Part shown: positions 36,313-44,892 of the stretch, piece after piece
Layout: every line of letters starts with the position of its first letter
Position numbering within the stretch: the stretch's first letter is position 1
Origin: Desulfobia sp.
GTDB taxonomy: Bacteria; Desulfobacterota; Desulfobulbia; Desulfobulbales; SURF-16
Reading direction: 5' to 3'
DNA: 64,000 nucleotides
Assembly (NCBI GenBank): GCA_046497465.1
Contig: JAWOFO010000042.1
Coordinates: 64,651 to 128,650 of the forward strand
Program-made: the position numbers and the translations under genes
Notes under the pieces: generated by a model
Databases searched by the model: none
The model's input: only the letters and a program-made list of their open reading frames with translations
What the model was told of the DNA's origin: nothing

Positions 36313-37851
36313 TTGAATGGCGATATTAAAGCTGTCCGTTCCAGGAGAGGTCCTGAAAGTGTCTACAGTGCTGGGACAGGACGAAATCAGGCGTTTTTTT
36401 CCGTGACGAGATCTCTGAATTATATTCCGGATAATATTTTTCGAATTCATCTGATGGGGGTTGGTGGAACCGGGATGGCTGCTATGGCCGGTCTTTTGAA
36501 AAAGAAAGGCTTTGTTGTCAGCGGTTCCGATTACCAGGTATATCCACCGATGAGCCATTTTCTGGCAGCGGAAGGCATTAAGATAATGGAAAGCTACCGG
36601 CCCGAGAACCTTTCCCCTCCTCCTGATCTGGTTATTGTCGGTAACGTGATAAGAGGCGAAAATCCCGAGGCCAGAGGGCTCATGGATATGGCCATCCCTT
36701 ATGCCTCCTTTCCCCAGGCCCTCGGCCACTTTTTTCTTCGCCATAAAACTCCCGTGGTTATAAGCGGTACCCATGGCAAGACCACAACCTCCTCCATTCT
36801 TGCCACTGCCATGTATGGCATGGGATTTGATCCCGGCTTCTTGATTGGCGGGATAGTCCGGGCCTTTGGCCGGAATTTTCGGATCGGCACGGGAAGGTAC
36901 TTTGTAGTAGAAGGTGATGAGTATGATACCGCTTTTTTTGACAAGGGTCCAAAATTTCTCCATTATCAGCCCGGAATCGGGGTTGTAACCGGTATTGAAT
37001 TTGATCATGCTGATATTTACCAATCCCTTGAAGAGATCAAGGAGGCATTTCGGCGGTTTATCGGCATTATCCCCCCTGAAGGCTGTCTGGTCGCCTGTCT
37101 GGATGACCCGGTGGTCCGGGAATTGGCAGCAGGAGCAGCTTGCAGAGTGCTCAGCTATGGCACTGATCCTGCGTTTGACTGGTCTATTACCAATATCAGG
37201 GTTGAAGGGGAGGGTACTTATTTTCGGGTATTGCGGAAAAACCTTTTCTACCATGATTTTTTTATAAAAATGATCGGCCGTCACAATGCCTTAAATAGTC
37301 TGGCGGTTATTGCCGTCCTGGATAGCCTGGGAGTTTCTGCCAAGTCTGTAGCGGAGCAGCTATCTGTTTTTAAAGGGGTGCGTCGGCGCCAGGAAGTGCT
37401 GGGAGAAGTCGAAGGCATCACGGTTATTGATGATTTTGCCCACCATCCCAGCGCGGTCCGGGAAACGTTGGAGTCTTTGAACCAGGCCTATGAAGGGAGG
37501 CCTCTCGTCGTGGTTTTTGAACCCCGCACCAATTCAAGCCGCAGGTCTGTTTTTCAGGATACTTATTCCCGGGTATTTTCCAGGGCCTCTGAGGTTGTGG
37601 TCAAGGAGCCGGTCCCTCTTGCCTGCCTGCCTGATCAGGAGCTTTTTTCTGCGGTAAAACTGGTGGGGGATTTGAGACAGCGGAATATTAAGGCCAGCTG
37701 TTATTCTGATACCGGGGATATTGTCAGCTATCTGATTTCTTCTCTCAGGCCCGGAGATGTGGTGGCAATTCTGTCTAACGGAGGATTTGATAATATCCAT
37801 GAGCGGCTGCTGACAGCTCTGCAGAAAAGCTGGGTAAATAAAAATGAATGA
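36313..37851 (+). CDS. mpl: UDP-N-acetylmuramate:L-alanyl-gamma-D-glutamyl-meso-diaminopimelate ligase (murein peptide ligase)
   Basis: A Mur-ligase fold with RIHLMGVGGTGMAAMAGLL, ISGTHGKTTTSS, EGDEYDTAFFDK and DDFAHHPSA; the overall pattern is Mpl-like. The start is uncertain: the in-frame GTG at 36403 gives a more typical N-terminus than the ATG at 36313. Confidence 0.85.
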   Translation: MNGDIKAVRSRRGPESVYSAGTGRNQAFFSVTRSLNYIPDNIFRIHLMGVGGTGMAAMAGLLKKKGFVVSGSDYQVYPPMSHFLAAEGIKIMESYRPENLSPPPDLVIVGNVIRGENPEARGLMDMAIPYASFPQALGHFFLRHKTPVVISGTHGKTTTSSILATAMYGMGFDPGFLIGGIVRAFGRNFRIGTGRYFVVEGDEYDTAFFDKGPKFLHYQPGIGVVTGIEFDHADIYQSLEEIKEAFRRFIGIIPPEGCLVACLDDPVVRELAAGAACRVLSYGTDPAFDWSITNIRVEGEGTYFRVLRKNLFYHDFFIKMIGRHNALNSLAVIAVLDSLGVSAKSVAEQLSVFKGVRRRQEVLGEVEGITVIDDFAHHPSAVRETLESLNQAYEGRPLVVVFEPRTNSSRRSVFQDTYSRVFSRASEVVVKEPVPLACLPDQELFSAVKLVGDLRQRNIKASCYSDTGDIVSYLISSLRPGDVVAILSNGGFDNIHERLLTALQKSWVNKNE

Positions 37852-37867
37852 CAGTTCATTTTTATTC

Positions 37868-37896
37868 TTGACAATTGCGGCCTGGCCGGTTATCAC
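37868..37896 (+). promoter_or_regulatory. candidate sigma70 promoter of the nuo operon
   Basis: TTGACA (37868-37873), a 17-nt spacer, then TATCAC (37891-37896). AAGGAGG lies 6 nt before the GTG start of nuoA. Confidence 0.4.
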
Positions 37897-37949
37897 TGTT
37901 TTACTGAACGAACTGGTAAATTTTATTTTGCTCAAGTAAGGAGGTAATC

Positions 37950-38351
37950 GTGCCGGAACAATCACTCCTTGATCTGCTCTATCTTGCATATTTCACTCTT
38001 CTCGGCCTCTCATTTGCCCTGGGGCCCATTATAATCGTCTATCTCCTGTCACCCCGCGAGACCCGCAACATTCTCGGCAAGAGCCACCAGGCCATTGAGT
38101 GCGGTATGGTTCCCATTGGTGATGCCTGGATACGTTTTGGAATAATATTCTATCTTTACGCCCTGATGTTTCTTGCCTTTGATGTCGATGTCCTTTTTCT
38201 TTTCCCGGTTGCCATGGCCTATAACGATGCCTCCTTTGTTATCCGGGATTTTGTTGAGGTTGTTATTTTTGTAGGAATATTGTCACTGGCATTAGTTTAT
38301 GCCTGGATAAAGGGAGTCTTCAAGTGGGAACGGAAAATATATCATCAGTAG
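37950..38351 (+). CDS. nuoA: NADH-quinone oxidoreductase subunit A
   Basis: 133 aa with three TM helices and the conserved ECGM...F..RF...FYL.AL.FL.FD.. pattern. Confidence 0.9.
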   Translation: MPEQSLLDLLYLAYFTLLGLSFALGPIIIVYLLSPRETRNILGKSHQAIECGMVPIGDAWIRFGIIFYLYALMFLAFDVDVLFLFPVAMAYNDASFVIRDFVEVVIFVGILSLALVYAWIKGVFKWERKIYHQ

Positions 38352-38833
38352 TTCCTTCGTCATTAGTTCAGTTTGCCCCTCTGGAAAAACTGCTTAATCT
38401 GGGAAGGGCCAATTCCCTTTGGCCCATGACCTTCGGCTTGGCCTGCTGCGCCATTGAGATGATGTCAGCCGGCGGACCGCGTTTTGATCTCGCCCGTTTC
38501 GGGGCAGAGGTCTTCCGGCCTTCGCCCAGGCAGAGTGATGTTATGATAGTGGCCGGAACCGTTAATAAAAAAATGGCTCCTGCGGTAAAAACACTGTGGG
38601 ATCAGATGCTTGAGCCCAAATGGGTAATCGCTATGGGTAACTGTGCCATTTCCGGCGGTCCTTTTGCTTTTAAAGGTCAGTATAATGTAGTTGAAGGGGT
38701 TGATACTATTCTGCCCGTAGATATATATATTCCTGGCTGTCCTCCCAGACCGGAGGCTTTGTTTGAGGGGATTATGGAGCTTGAAGAGAAACTTACAGGC
38801 AAGCGGCGCTGGCCGCGAGTGGAGGCAGTATAA
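38324..38833 (+). CDS. nuoB: NADH-quinone oxidoreductase subunit B
   Basis: N2-cluster ligand motifs [20 protein letters not shown] and IPGCPPRPE. Confidence 0.95.
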   Translation: MGTENISSVVPSSLVQFAPLEKLLNLGRANSLWPMTFGLACCAIEMMSAGGPRFDLARFGAEVFRPSPRQSDVMIVAGTVNKKMAPAVKTLWDQMLEPKWVIAMGNCAISGGPFAFKGQYNVVEGVDTILPVDIYIPGCPPRPEALFEGIMELEEKLTGKRRWPRVEAV

Positions 38834-39432
38834 TGGACAGGGCTCAAGTGCAGAAGGAGCTGGAAGCCTTAGCTGCTGAAGGAAAACCTGCTCCTGTGCC
38901 TGAAGAAAAAGTAGAAGTGGAAAAAGAGGAACAGGCCTCTGAGCAAGAAGAGACTGCTCCTGAGGAAGAACAGGGTAAAGACAAAAATAAAAAGAAAGGG
39001 GAAGAGGAAGAAGAGAAGCCCAGAGAGAACGGGGTCCTTGTCTTAGACCATAGGGCGCGCGGGGCACATCTGGATGCTCAGCTTAACGGTGATCAGGTGG
39101 TTGCGGCTGCGGAAATCATGCGGCGGGCGGGCCTGAGCGTGGAGGCTGTAACCGGTGTTGACTGGCTTAAAGAGAACAAGTTTGAAGTAATATACGATTA
39201 TGCTTTGTATATCGCCGGTGAAGATCTTTACCGTGTTGTTGTCAGGGCCTTGATTGATCGTGACAATCCTGATATTCCCACTATTTCCGGGGTGTTTTCA
39301 GGAGCAAACTGGCATGAGCGGGAAACCTGGGACCTGCTGGGGATAAATTTTACCGGTCACCCACAGCTTACGCGTTTCCTGCTCCCGGAAGACGCTGATT
39401 TCCATCCCCTACGTAAGGATTTTAAACCATGA
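38833..39432 (+). CDS. nuoC: NADH-quinone oxidoreductase subunit C with acidic low-complexity N-terminal extension
   Basis: The C-terminal 130 aa carry the NuoC blocks (SGVFSGANWHERETWDLLGINFTGHP...R). The first ~65 aa are Glu/Lys-rich (EEKVEVEKEEQASEQEETAPEEEQGKDKNKKKGEEEEEK). Confidence 0.9.
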   Translation: MDRAQVQKELEALAAEGKPAPVPEEKVEVEKEEQASEQEETAPEEEQGKDKNKKKGEEEEEKPRENGVLVLDHRARGAHLDAQLNGDQVVAAAEIMRRAGLSVEAVTGVDWLKENKFEVIYDYALYIAGEDLYRVVVRALIDRDNPDIPTISGVFSGANWHERETWDLLGINFTGHPQLTRFLLPEDADFHPLRKDFKP

Positions 39433-40553
39433 GCAGACTCGCCCAAAGTCAGTATCACGAGACATTCGATATCAACCTTGGCCCCCAGCATCCTGCTACT
39501 CACGGAGTCTTGAGGGTCAAGCTCACCATGGACGGTGAATACATAGTCAAGGCAGAACCGGTTCTGGGTTACATCCACCGGATGCATGAAAAGATGGGGG
39601 AGAACAGGACCTGGGCCAAGTTCCTGCCCAACCCATCCCGTATGGACTACCTTTCAGCCATGTCCTATAATCACGGTCATGTCGCCCTGGTGGAGAGGGC
39701 GGCTGGCATAGAGGTCCCGGAGAGGGCCGAGTATCTGCGGGTGATAATGGTGGAGCTAAACAGGGTCCAGAGCCATCTTCTCTGGTTCGGGGCCTTTCTG
39801 CTTGACCTGGGAGGATTTACTCCTCTTCTCTATGCCTTTGATGACAGGGAGAGAATCCTTGACCTGCTCGAGTCAGTGACCGGGTCCAGGCTGACCTACT
39901 GCTATTTCCGTTTTGGCGGAGTTTATAACGATCTGGATGATGAAGAGTCCTTTAAGACTGGAACCAAAGAGTTTATAGCCCGTCTGCGCTCCCGCATGCC
40001 AATGTATCATAATCTGGTAACCAAGAACATAATCCTCCGGAAACGTCTTGAGGGTATAGGCCCGGTATCTGCAGATATGTGCCGCAGGTATGGGGCAACC
40101 GGCCCTGTACTGCGCGGCTCCGGAGTACAGTTCGATATCCGGAAGAACGAGCCCTATTCGGCTTATCCCGACTTTGATTTTGATATCCCTGTCTATGAGG
40201 AAGGTGATTCCATGGCCCGCTACATGGTGAGAATGGATGAGATTGAGCAGTCGATGCGGATTATAGAACAGGCTCTTGATAAACTACCCGAGGGGCCGGT
40301 CAAGGCCGAGAAAGTGCCGAAAATGATCAAGCCGCCCAAAAATGACTATTATTTTGCGGTAGAGGCGGCGCGGGGCACCTTTTCTCTGCGGGCAGTAAGT
40401 GACGGGACAAATACCCCTTACCGTCTGAAGATAAGGTCTCCTACTTATTCTAATTTGAGCCTTTTTGAAGAGGCCAGCAAGGGAATGCTGCTTGCCGATG
40501 CTCTGGCCTTTATGGGCAGTCTGGATCTGGTGATCCCGGAAATTGATCGTTGA
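39429..40553 (+). CDS. nuoD: NADH-quinone oxidoreductase subunit D
   Basis: LGPQHPATHGVLR, GYIHRMHEK, and a C-terminus ending in DLVIPEIDR are diagnostic of NuoD (the 49-kDa subunit). Confidence 0.95.
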   Translation: MSRLAQSQYHETFDINLGPQHPATHGVLRVKLTMDGEYIVKAEPVLGYIHRMHEKMGENRTWAKFLPNPSRMDYLSAMSYNHGHVALVERAAGIEVPERAEYLRVIMVELNRVQSHLLWFGAFLLDLGGFTPLLYAFDDRERILDLLESVTGSRLTYCYFRFGGVYNDLDDEESFKTGTKEFIARLRSRMPMYHNLVTKNIILRKRLEGIGPVSADMCRRYGATGPVLRGSGVQFDIRKNEPYSAYPDFDFDIPVYEEGDSMARYMVRMDEIEQSMRIIEQALDKLPEGPVKAEKVPKMIKPPKNDYYFAVEAARGTFSLRAVSDGTNTPYRLKIRSPTYSNLSLFEEASKGMLLADALAFMGSLDLVIPEIDR

Positions 40554-40625
40554 ACCAAGGGTGAGGCCTGACTGTCTGTAATCTGTAACCTAATGAACCC
40601 GGAATTCTAAAGAGGAATAACTGAC

Positions 40626-41609
40626 ATGGAAGAATTTCTGCGGATAATAACCTACATAGTCTGCATATCCGCTTTTGTCGGCGCCAACCTGGCCTGGCTC
40701 GGCTGGGTGGAAAGGAAGGGCGCCGGCCGGCTTCAAAGGAGAACAGCACTGAAAGAGGTTGGGCCATTCGGCCTTCTCCAGCCCCTGGCGGACGGCCTCA
40801 AACTTATGTCCAAACAGCTTCATGTCCCTCGTGATGCTGATCGCCCCCTGTACATGCTTGCCCCGGTGATCGCCATGGTGCCCATGATAATGACCTTTGT
40901 GGTTATTCCTTTCAATGAGGGTCTTGTTCCCCGGGATTTCAATATGGGTCTTCTAGTGATTTTCGCCTTTGCCGCTCTCAGTGTTTTAGCCCTGCTTCTG
41001 GGGGGTTGGGCTTCGCGAAACAAGTATGCACTTATTTCAGCAAGCCGGGCGGTCTCTCAGAATATCGCCTACGAGATTCCCATGTTGCTTACCGCTATTA
41101 CAGTAGTAATGGCCACCGGTACCATGAATCTCACCGAGATTGTCAATCAGCAGGCAGGAACCATAATTAAATGGAATTTTCTACGCCTGGATAATTCCAT
41201 ACTCATGCCGGTGTCGTTTCTTATTTTCTTTGTATGTAGTGTAGCTGAAACCAATCGTGCCCCCTTTGATCTGGGTGAGGCGGAAAGTGAGTTGATCGCT
41301 GGATTTCATACCGAGTATTCGGGAATGGGATTCGGGCTTTTTATGATGGCTGAGTATGGCTATATACTTATAGGCTGCTGTTTTACCACTATACTGTTTC
41401 TGGGGGGCTGGCACTGTCCCTTTGGATTCTATCCGGGTATACACTGGTTCTTAATTAAAACTTATTTTTTGATCTGGGTAATTGTCTGGATCAGGTGGAC
41501 ATTTCCCAGGGTTACGGTATGGGGACTGTTGAATCTTTCCTGGATGTACCTTATCCCGGCGGCCCTGTTTAATCTGATATTGACAGGCGCGTTTCTCAAG
41601 GTGTTTTGA
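40626..41609 (+). CDS. nuoH: NADH-quinone oxidoreductase subunit H
   Basis: 327-aa polytopic protein with the GPFGLLQPLADGLKL and VAETNRAPFDLGEAESELIAGFHTEYSGM motifs. Confidence 0.95.
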   Translation: MEEFLRIITYIVCISAFVGANLAWLGWVERKGAGRLQRRTALKEVGPFGLLQPLADGLKLMSKQLHVPRDADRPLYMLAPVIAMVPMIMTFVVIPFNEGLVPRDFNMGLLVIFAFAALSVLALLLGGWASRNKYALISASRAVSQNIAYEIPMLLTAITVVMATGTMNLTEIVNQQAGTIIKWNFLRLDNSILMPVSFLIFFVCSVAETNRAPFDLGEAESELIAGFHTEYSGMGFGLFMMAEYGYILIGCCFTTILFLGGWHCPFGFYPGIHWFLIKTYFLIWVIVWIRWTFPRVTVWGLLNLSWMYLIPAALFNLILTGAFLKVF

Positions 41610-42133
41610 TCATGTCTAAATATGTTAACGATCTGTTTATCGGCGGTTACAGTTTGCTGGTGGGTATGGCGGTAACCATTATAAATTTTTTCAAACCTAC
41701 TGTAACCCTTCAATACCCACACGAGTCACTTAAGATGACCCCTCGTTACCGGGGACATGTTGAACTGATCAAGGATCCGGAAACAGGTACTCACCGCTGT
41801 ATAGCCTGCGGGATGTGTCAGAAAAACTGCCCGTCCGAGTGTATTACTATAAAGAGTAAAAAGATAGAGGGAATCAAGGGCAAAGTCCTGACCGAGTACA
41901 GATTAGACTTTACTAAATGCAGCCTCTGCGGTCAGTGTGTTGAGAACTGTAAGCCTAATGCCCTCCAGTTTTCCAAAGAGTATAACCTGGCCAGCAGGCG
42001 AAAGGAGGATTTTATTTTTGATTTGCTTAAGCGTCTGCATCCGGAAGGGGTTCCGGAGCCGAAACCAGCTGAACCTAAGGCTGAAAGCGGAGATAAAAAA
42101 GAAAAGCCGGTTAAAGAGGACAACAGCTCATGA
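41606..42133 (+). CDS. nuoI: NADH-quinone oxidoreductase subunit I
   Basis: Two 4Fe-4S ferredoxin motifs, CIACGMCQKNCP and CSLCGQCVENCP. The start overlaps the nuoH stop. Confidence 0.9.
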   Translation: MIMSKYVNDLFIGGYSLLVGMAVTIINFFKPTVTLQYPHESLKMTPRYRGHVELIKDPETGTHRCIACGMCQKNCPSECITIKSKKIEGIKGKVLTEYRLDFTKCSLCGQCVENCKPNALQFSKEYNLASRRKEDFIFDLLKRLHPEGVPEPKPAEPKAESGDKKEKPVKEDNSS

Positions 42134-42702
42134 ATCCTACACTTTTTTCACTTGAAGGCTTTGCGGGAGTAATTTTTCTCCTGTTTGTAGCCATTAGCAT
42201 GCTGGGCGCACTCGTAGCCACCTGCAGCCGCAGACTGATCAGAAGCGTAAGCGGACTGGCTCTTTGTTTTGTCGGGGTTGCCGGTATCTACTATTTTCTG
42301 GGAAGTCCTTTTGTCGCCTTGATGGAACTGTTGATCTACGTGGGTGCTGTATGTGTTACTATTACCTTTGCCATAATGCTGGCCGAACCTGATGAGATGA
42401 AGCTCATGCGGAAAAAACCCGGGTTTGGCGGTGCCTTAGGCATCCTGCTCGGGGGTGTTGTTGCCCTGGGACTGATCACCGCGGCAACCTCAGCAGAATG
42501 GGACGTGCTAACCAATGCCAAGACCACTGTAGGTTCAGTCAAGCAGATAGGGATGTCCCTGCTTACCGATTACAGTATGGTATTTGAAGTAATCTCTGTG
42601 GTCCTGCTCATTGCCATAGTGGGGTCTGTGGCCCTGGCAAGAGAAGGCAGGGATATTGGAGAGTGGGAAGAAATAGGAAGTGATACAGACAGCGAGAAGT
42701 AG
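42130..42702 (+). CDS. nuoJ: NADH-quinone oxidoreductase subunit J
   Basis: 190 aa, hydrophobic, with the YVGAV..L..F..ML pattern of NuoJ. The start overlaps the nuoI stop. Confidence 0.85.
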   Translation: MNPTLFSLEGFAGVIFLLFVAISMLGALVATCSRRLIRSVSGLALCFVGVAGIYYFLGSPFVALMELLIYVGAVCVTITFAIMLAEPDEMKLMRKKPGFGGALGILLGGVVALGLITAATSAEWDVLTNAKTTVGSVKQIGMSLLTDYSMVFEVISVVLLIAIVGSVALAREGRDIGEWEEIGSDTDSEK

Positions 42703-42758
42703 TAGAGACGGTAGTAAACCAACCGGTAATTTTATACAGTTATTGAAATACAAATCAG

Positions 42759-43088
42759 GTGGGAGAGATGCTGGCATTAAGCTCACAGTTAACAACTTAC
42801 TTAGTAATCGGTGCCCTTTTATTCGGTTTTGGTATATTCGGCATGATAAAGAGACCGACCCTGATCGGCATGCTGATCGCGGCCGAGCTCGTCCTGAGCG
42901 GCGCCTCTGTCAATTTTATGGCATTCCAGCGTTTCACAGCCCCCGACCTTGTGGTGGGTCAGATATTCACCCTGTTTATCATGGGTATAGCAGCAGCGGA
43001 AGCCGCCATAGCTATGAGCATAATTATCTGTGTATATCGTAACTATAAATCTATTGAAACCGAGGATGTGGTTGATCTGAACGGATGA
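42759..43088 (+). CDS. nuoK: NADH-quinone oxidoreductase subunit K
   Basis: About 100 aa with three TM helices, the conserved Glu-containing helices (AAELVLSG; AAAEAAIAMSII), and the ending YR...S...D....L. Confidence 0.9.
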   Translation: MGEMLALSSQLTTYLVIGALLFGFGIFGMIKRPTLIGMLIAAELVLSGASVNFMAFQRFTAPDLVVGQIFTLFIMGIAAAEAAIAMSIIICVYRNYKSIETEDVVDLNG

Positions 43089-43141
43089 TTCAATCATTTT
43101 TCTTACCATAACGTATTGAAGGTAAGGTTAAGGATAATCCC

Positions 43142-44641
43142 ATGGATAGCGTTACTGCAGCAGGCACAACAGAAATAATTACTTCAGCCAAACTTGTACT
43201 TGCACTACTTACACCTCTACTGGGTGCTTGTCTGGTAAGTTTTTCTGGCAGGAAACCCAATGTCAGAGAGATGTGGTCGGTTCTTGCGGCAGTTATTACA
43301 TTTTTACTGGTCGCCTCCATGATACCGCAAGTCTGGGATGGTAAGACCTTGTTTTATGAGATTTTCCAGATTCTGCCCGGTGTAACCGTGAGTCTGAGGG
43401 CAGATGCCCTGTCCATGGTCTTTGCCTTGATAGCATCCGTCCTCTGGATAGGGGCTGCCTTTTATTCCATGGGTTATATGAGGGCTCACAAGGCGCATTC
43501 ACAGACCCGGTTCAACACCTGTTTCGCCATTGCCATCTTTGGGGCAGTAGGTGTTGCTTTCAGCGACAATCTCTTTACCCTTTACCTGTTTTACGAAGTA
43601 GTAAGTATAAGTACCTATCCTCTGGTTGCCCATGATCAGGATAAAAAGGCCTACGTTGGCGGCAAGAAGTACATGGTTTATCTGACTACCATGGCCAAGG
43701 GATTGATCCTGCCGGCAATGGCGATCATCTATGTTATGACCGGCAGTCTTGATTTTCCGCATGATATATACTCGGGCATCATTCCTGATGACGCCAATTC
43801 GGCAATCGTGGTTATGCTCTTCATATTCTGCCTGTTCGGCTTTGCCAAGAACGGGGTCATGCCCTTTCACCACTGGCTGCCCGGGGCCATGGTTGCACCT
43901 ACACCGGTCTCCGCCCTCCTGCATGCAGTGGCTGTTGTTAAGGCAGGGGTATTCAGCACCATCCGGGTGATGCTCTACGTTTTTGGCGTAAATCTCATGG
44001 ATCTCCTAAATCTGGGCATAACTACCGCCTATTTTGTCGGTTTTACCATAATTATGGCTTCAGTTATTGCCATAACCAAGGATAATCTCAAGGCCAGGCT
44101 GGCCTATTCCACGGTCAGCCAGCTGTCCTACATCATACTGGGAGTCTGCCTGCTGACACCTCACGGTATTCAGGGAGGGATAGTGCATATAGCCAACCAC
44201 GCCTTTTCCAAGATCACTCTCTTTTTCTGTGCAGGTGCCATAATTGTCGCCCACCATAAAAAGGATATCTCCGAGATGGACGGACTGGGCAGGGCCATGC
44301 CTTTCACTTATGCCGCCTTTGCAGTTGCCTCTCTAAGTATGATAGGCGCTCCTCCGGTGGCCGGCTTCGTGACCAAATGGCAATTGCTGATGGGTACGAT
44401 TGAAGCTGGATCATTCGGTATCATTCTGATTCTTCTGGCCAGTACCCTGCTTAATGTCTGTTACTTCGGGCCCGTCGTTTACAGGGGATTTTTCTGCAAG
44501 CCTCCACCAGGGGTCACATATGACAGTATTAAGGAGGCACCTATGTCCATGGTTATACCACTGTGCTGTACGGCTATAATTTCAGTAATAATAGGAATTT
44601 ATCCTGATTTTTTTATGAACTTTGTGATTAGGGTGTTGTAA
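43142..44641 (+). CDS. extra antiporter-like (MrpD/NuoL/M/N superfamily) proton-conducting membrane subunit
   Basis: 499 aa with about 14 TM helices and the superfamily blocks FYEVVSISTYPLV, HHWLPGAMVAPTPVSALLHAVAVVKAGV and HIANHAFSKITLFFCAG. It has no NuoL-type C-terminal lateral-helix extension. Confidence 0.8.
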   Translation: MDSVTAAGTTEIITSAKLVLALLTPLLGACLVSFSGRKPNVREMWSVLAAVITFLLVASMIPQVWDGKTLFYEIFQILPGVTVSLRADALSMVFALIASVLWIGAAFYSMGYMRAHKAHSQTRFNTCFAIAIFGAVGVAFSDNLFTLYLFYEVVSISTYPLVAHDQDKKAYVGGKKYMVYLTTMAKGLILPAMAIIYVMTGSLDFPHDIYSGIIPDDANSAIVVMLFIFCLFGFAKNGVMPFHHWLPGAMVAPTPVSALLHAVAVVKAGVFSTIRVMLYVFGVNLMDLLNLGITTAYFVGFTIIMASVIAITKDNLKARLAYSTVSQLSYIILGVCLLTPHGIQGGIVHIANHAFSKITLFFCAGAIIVAHHKKDISEMDGLGRAMPFTYAAFAVASLSMIGAPPVAGFVTKWQLLMGTIEAGSFGIILILLASTLLNVCYFGPVVYRGFFCKPPPGVTYDSIKEAPMSMVIPLCCTAIISVIIGIYPDFFMNFVIRVL

Positions 44642-44892
44642 TGATAGTCTCAATTATAGAAACCCTGAGAAATAACTTAAAGTTAACCGCTGTTCTAGCT
44701 GTCGCTATTATCATTGGCCTGGCAGTATGGGGTGCTTTTTTTGTTGATATGCACCATGCCCACACAGAGGCGGAGCACCTCCCCTTCTTCTGGGCTCTGT
44801 TCGGTCTTCTGGGCGGAGCGCTCCTTATTCTGGTGGCCACCCTTCTGGGTAAGTTAGGAATTATGACCCGCGAGGATTATTACGATGATTGA
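44641..44892 (+). CDS. small two-TM membrane protein, translationally coupled between two antiporter-like genes
   Basis: 83 aa. Its ATG overlaps the upstream TAA by 1 nt, and its 3' end overlaps the next ATG. It has two hydrophobic helices separated by HHAHTEAEH. I recognise no family. Confidence 0.55.
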   Translation: MIVSIIETLRNNLKLTAVLAVAIIIGLAVWGAFFVDMHHAHTEAEHLPFFWALFGLLGGALLILVATLLGKLGIMTREDYYDD

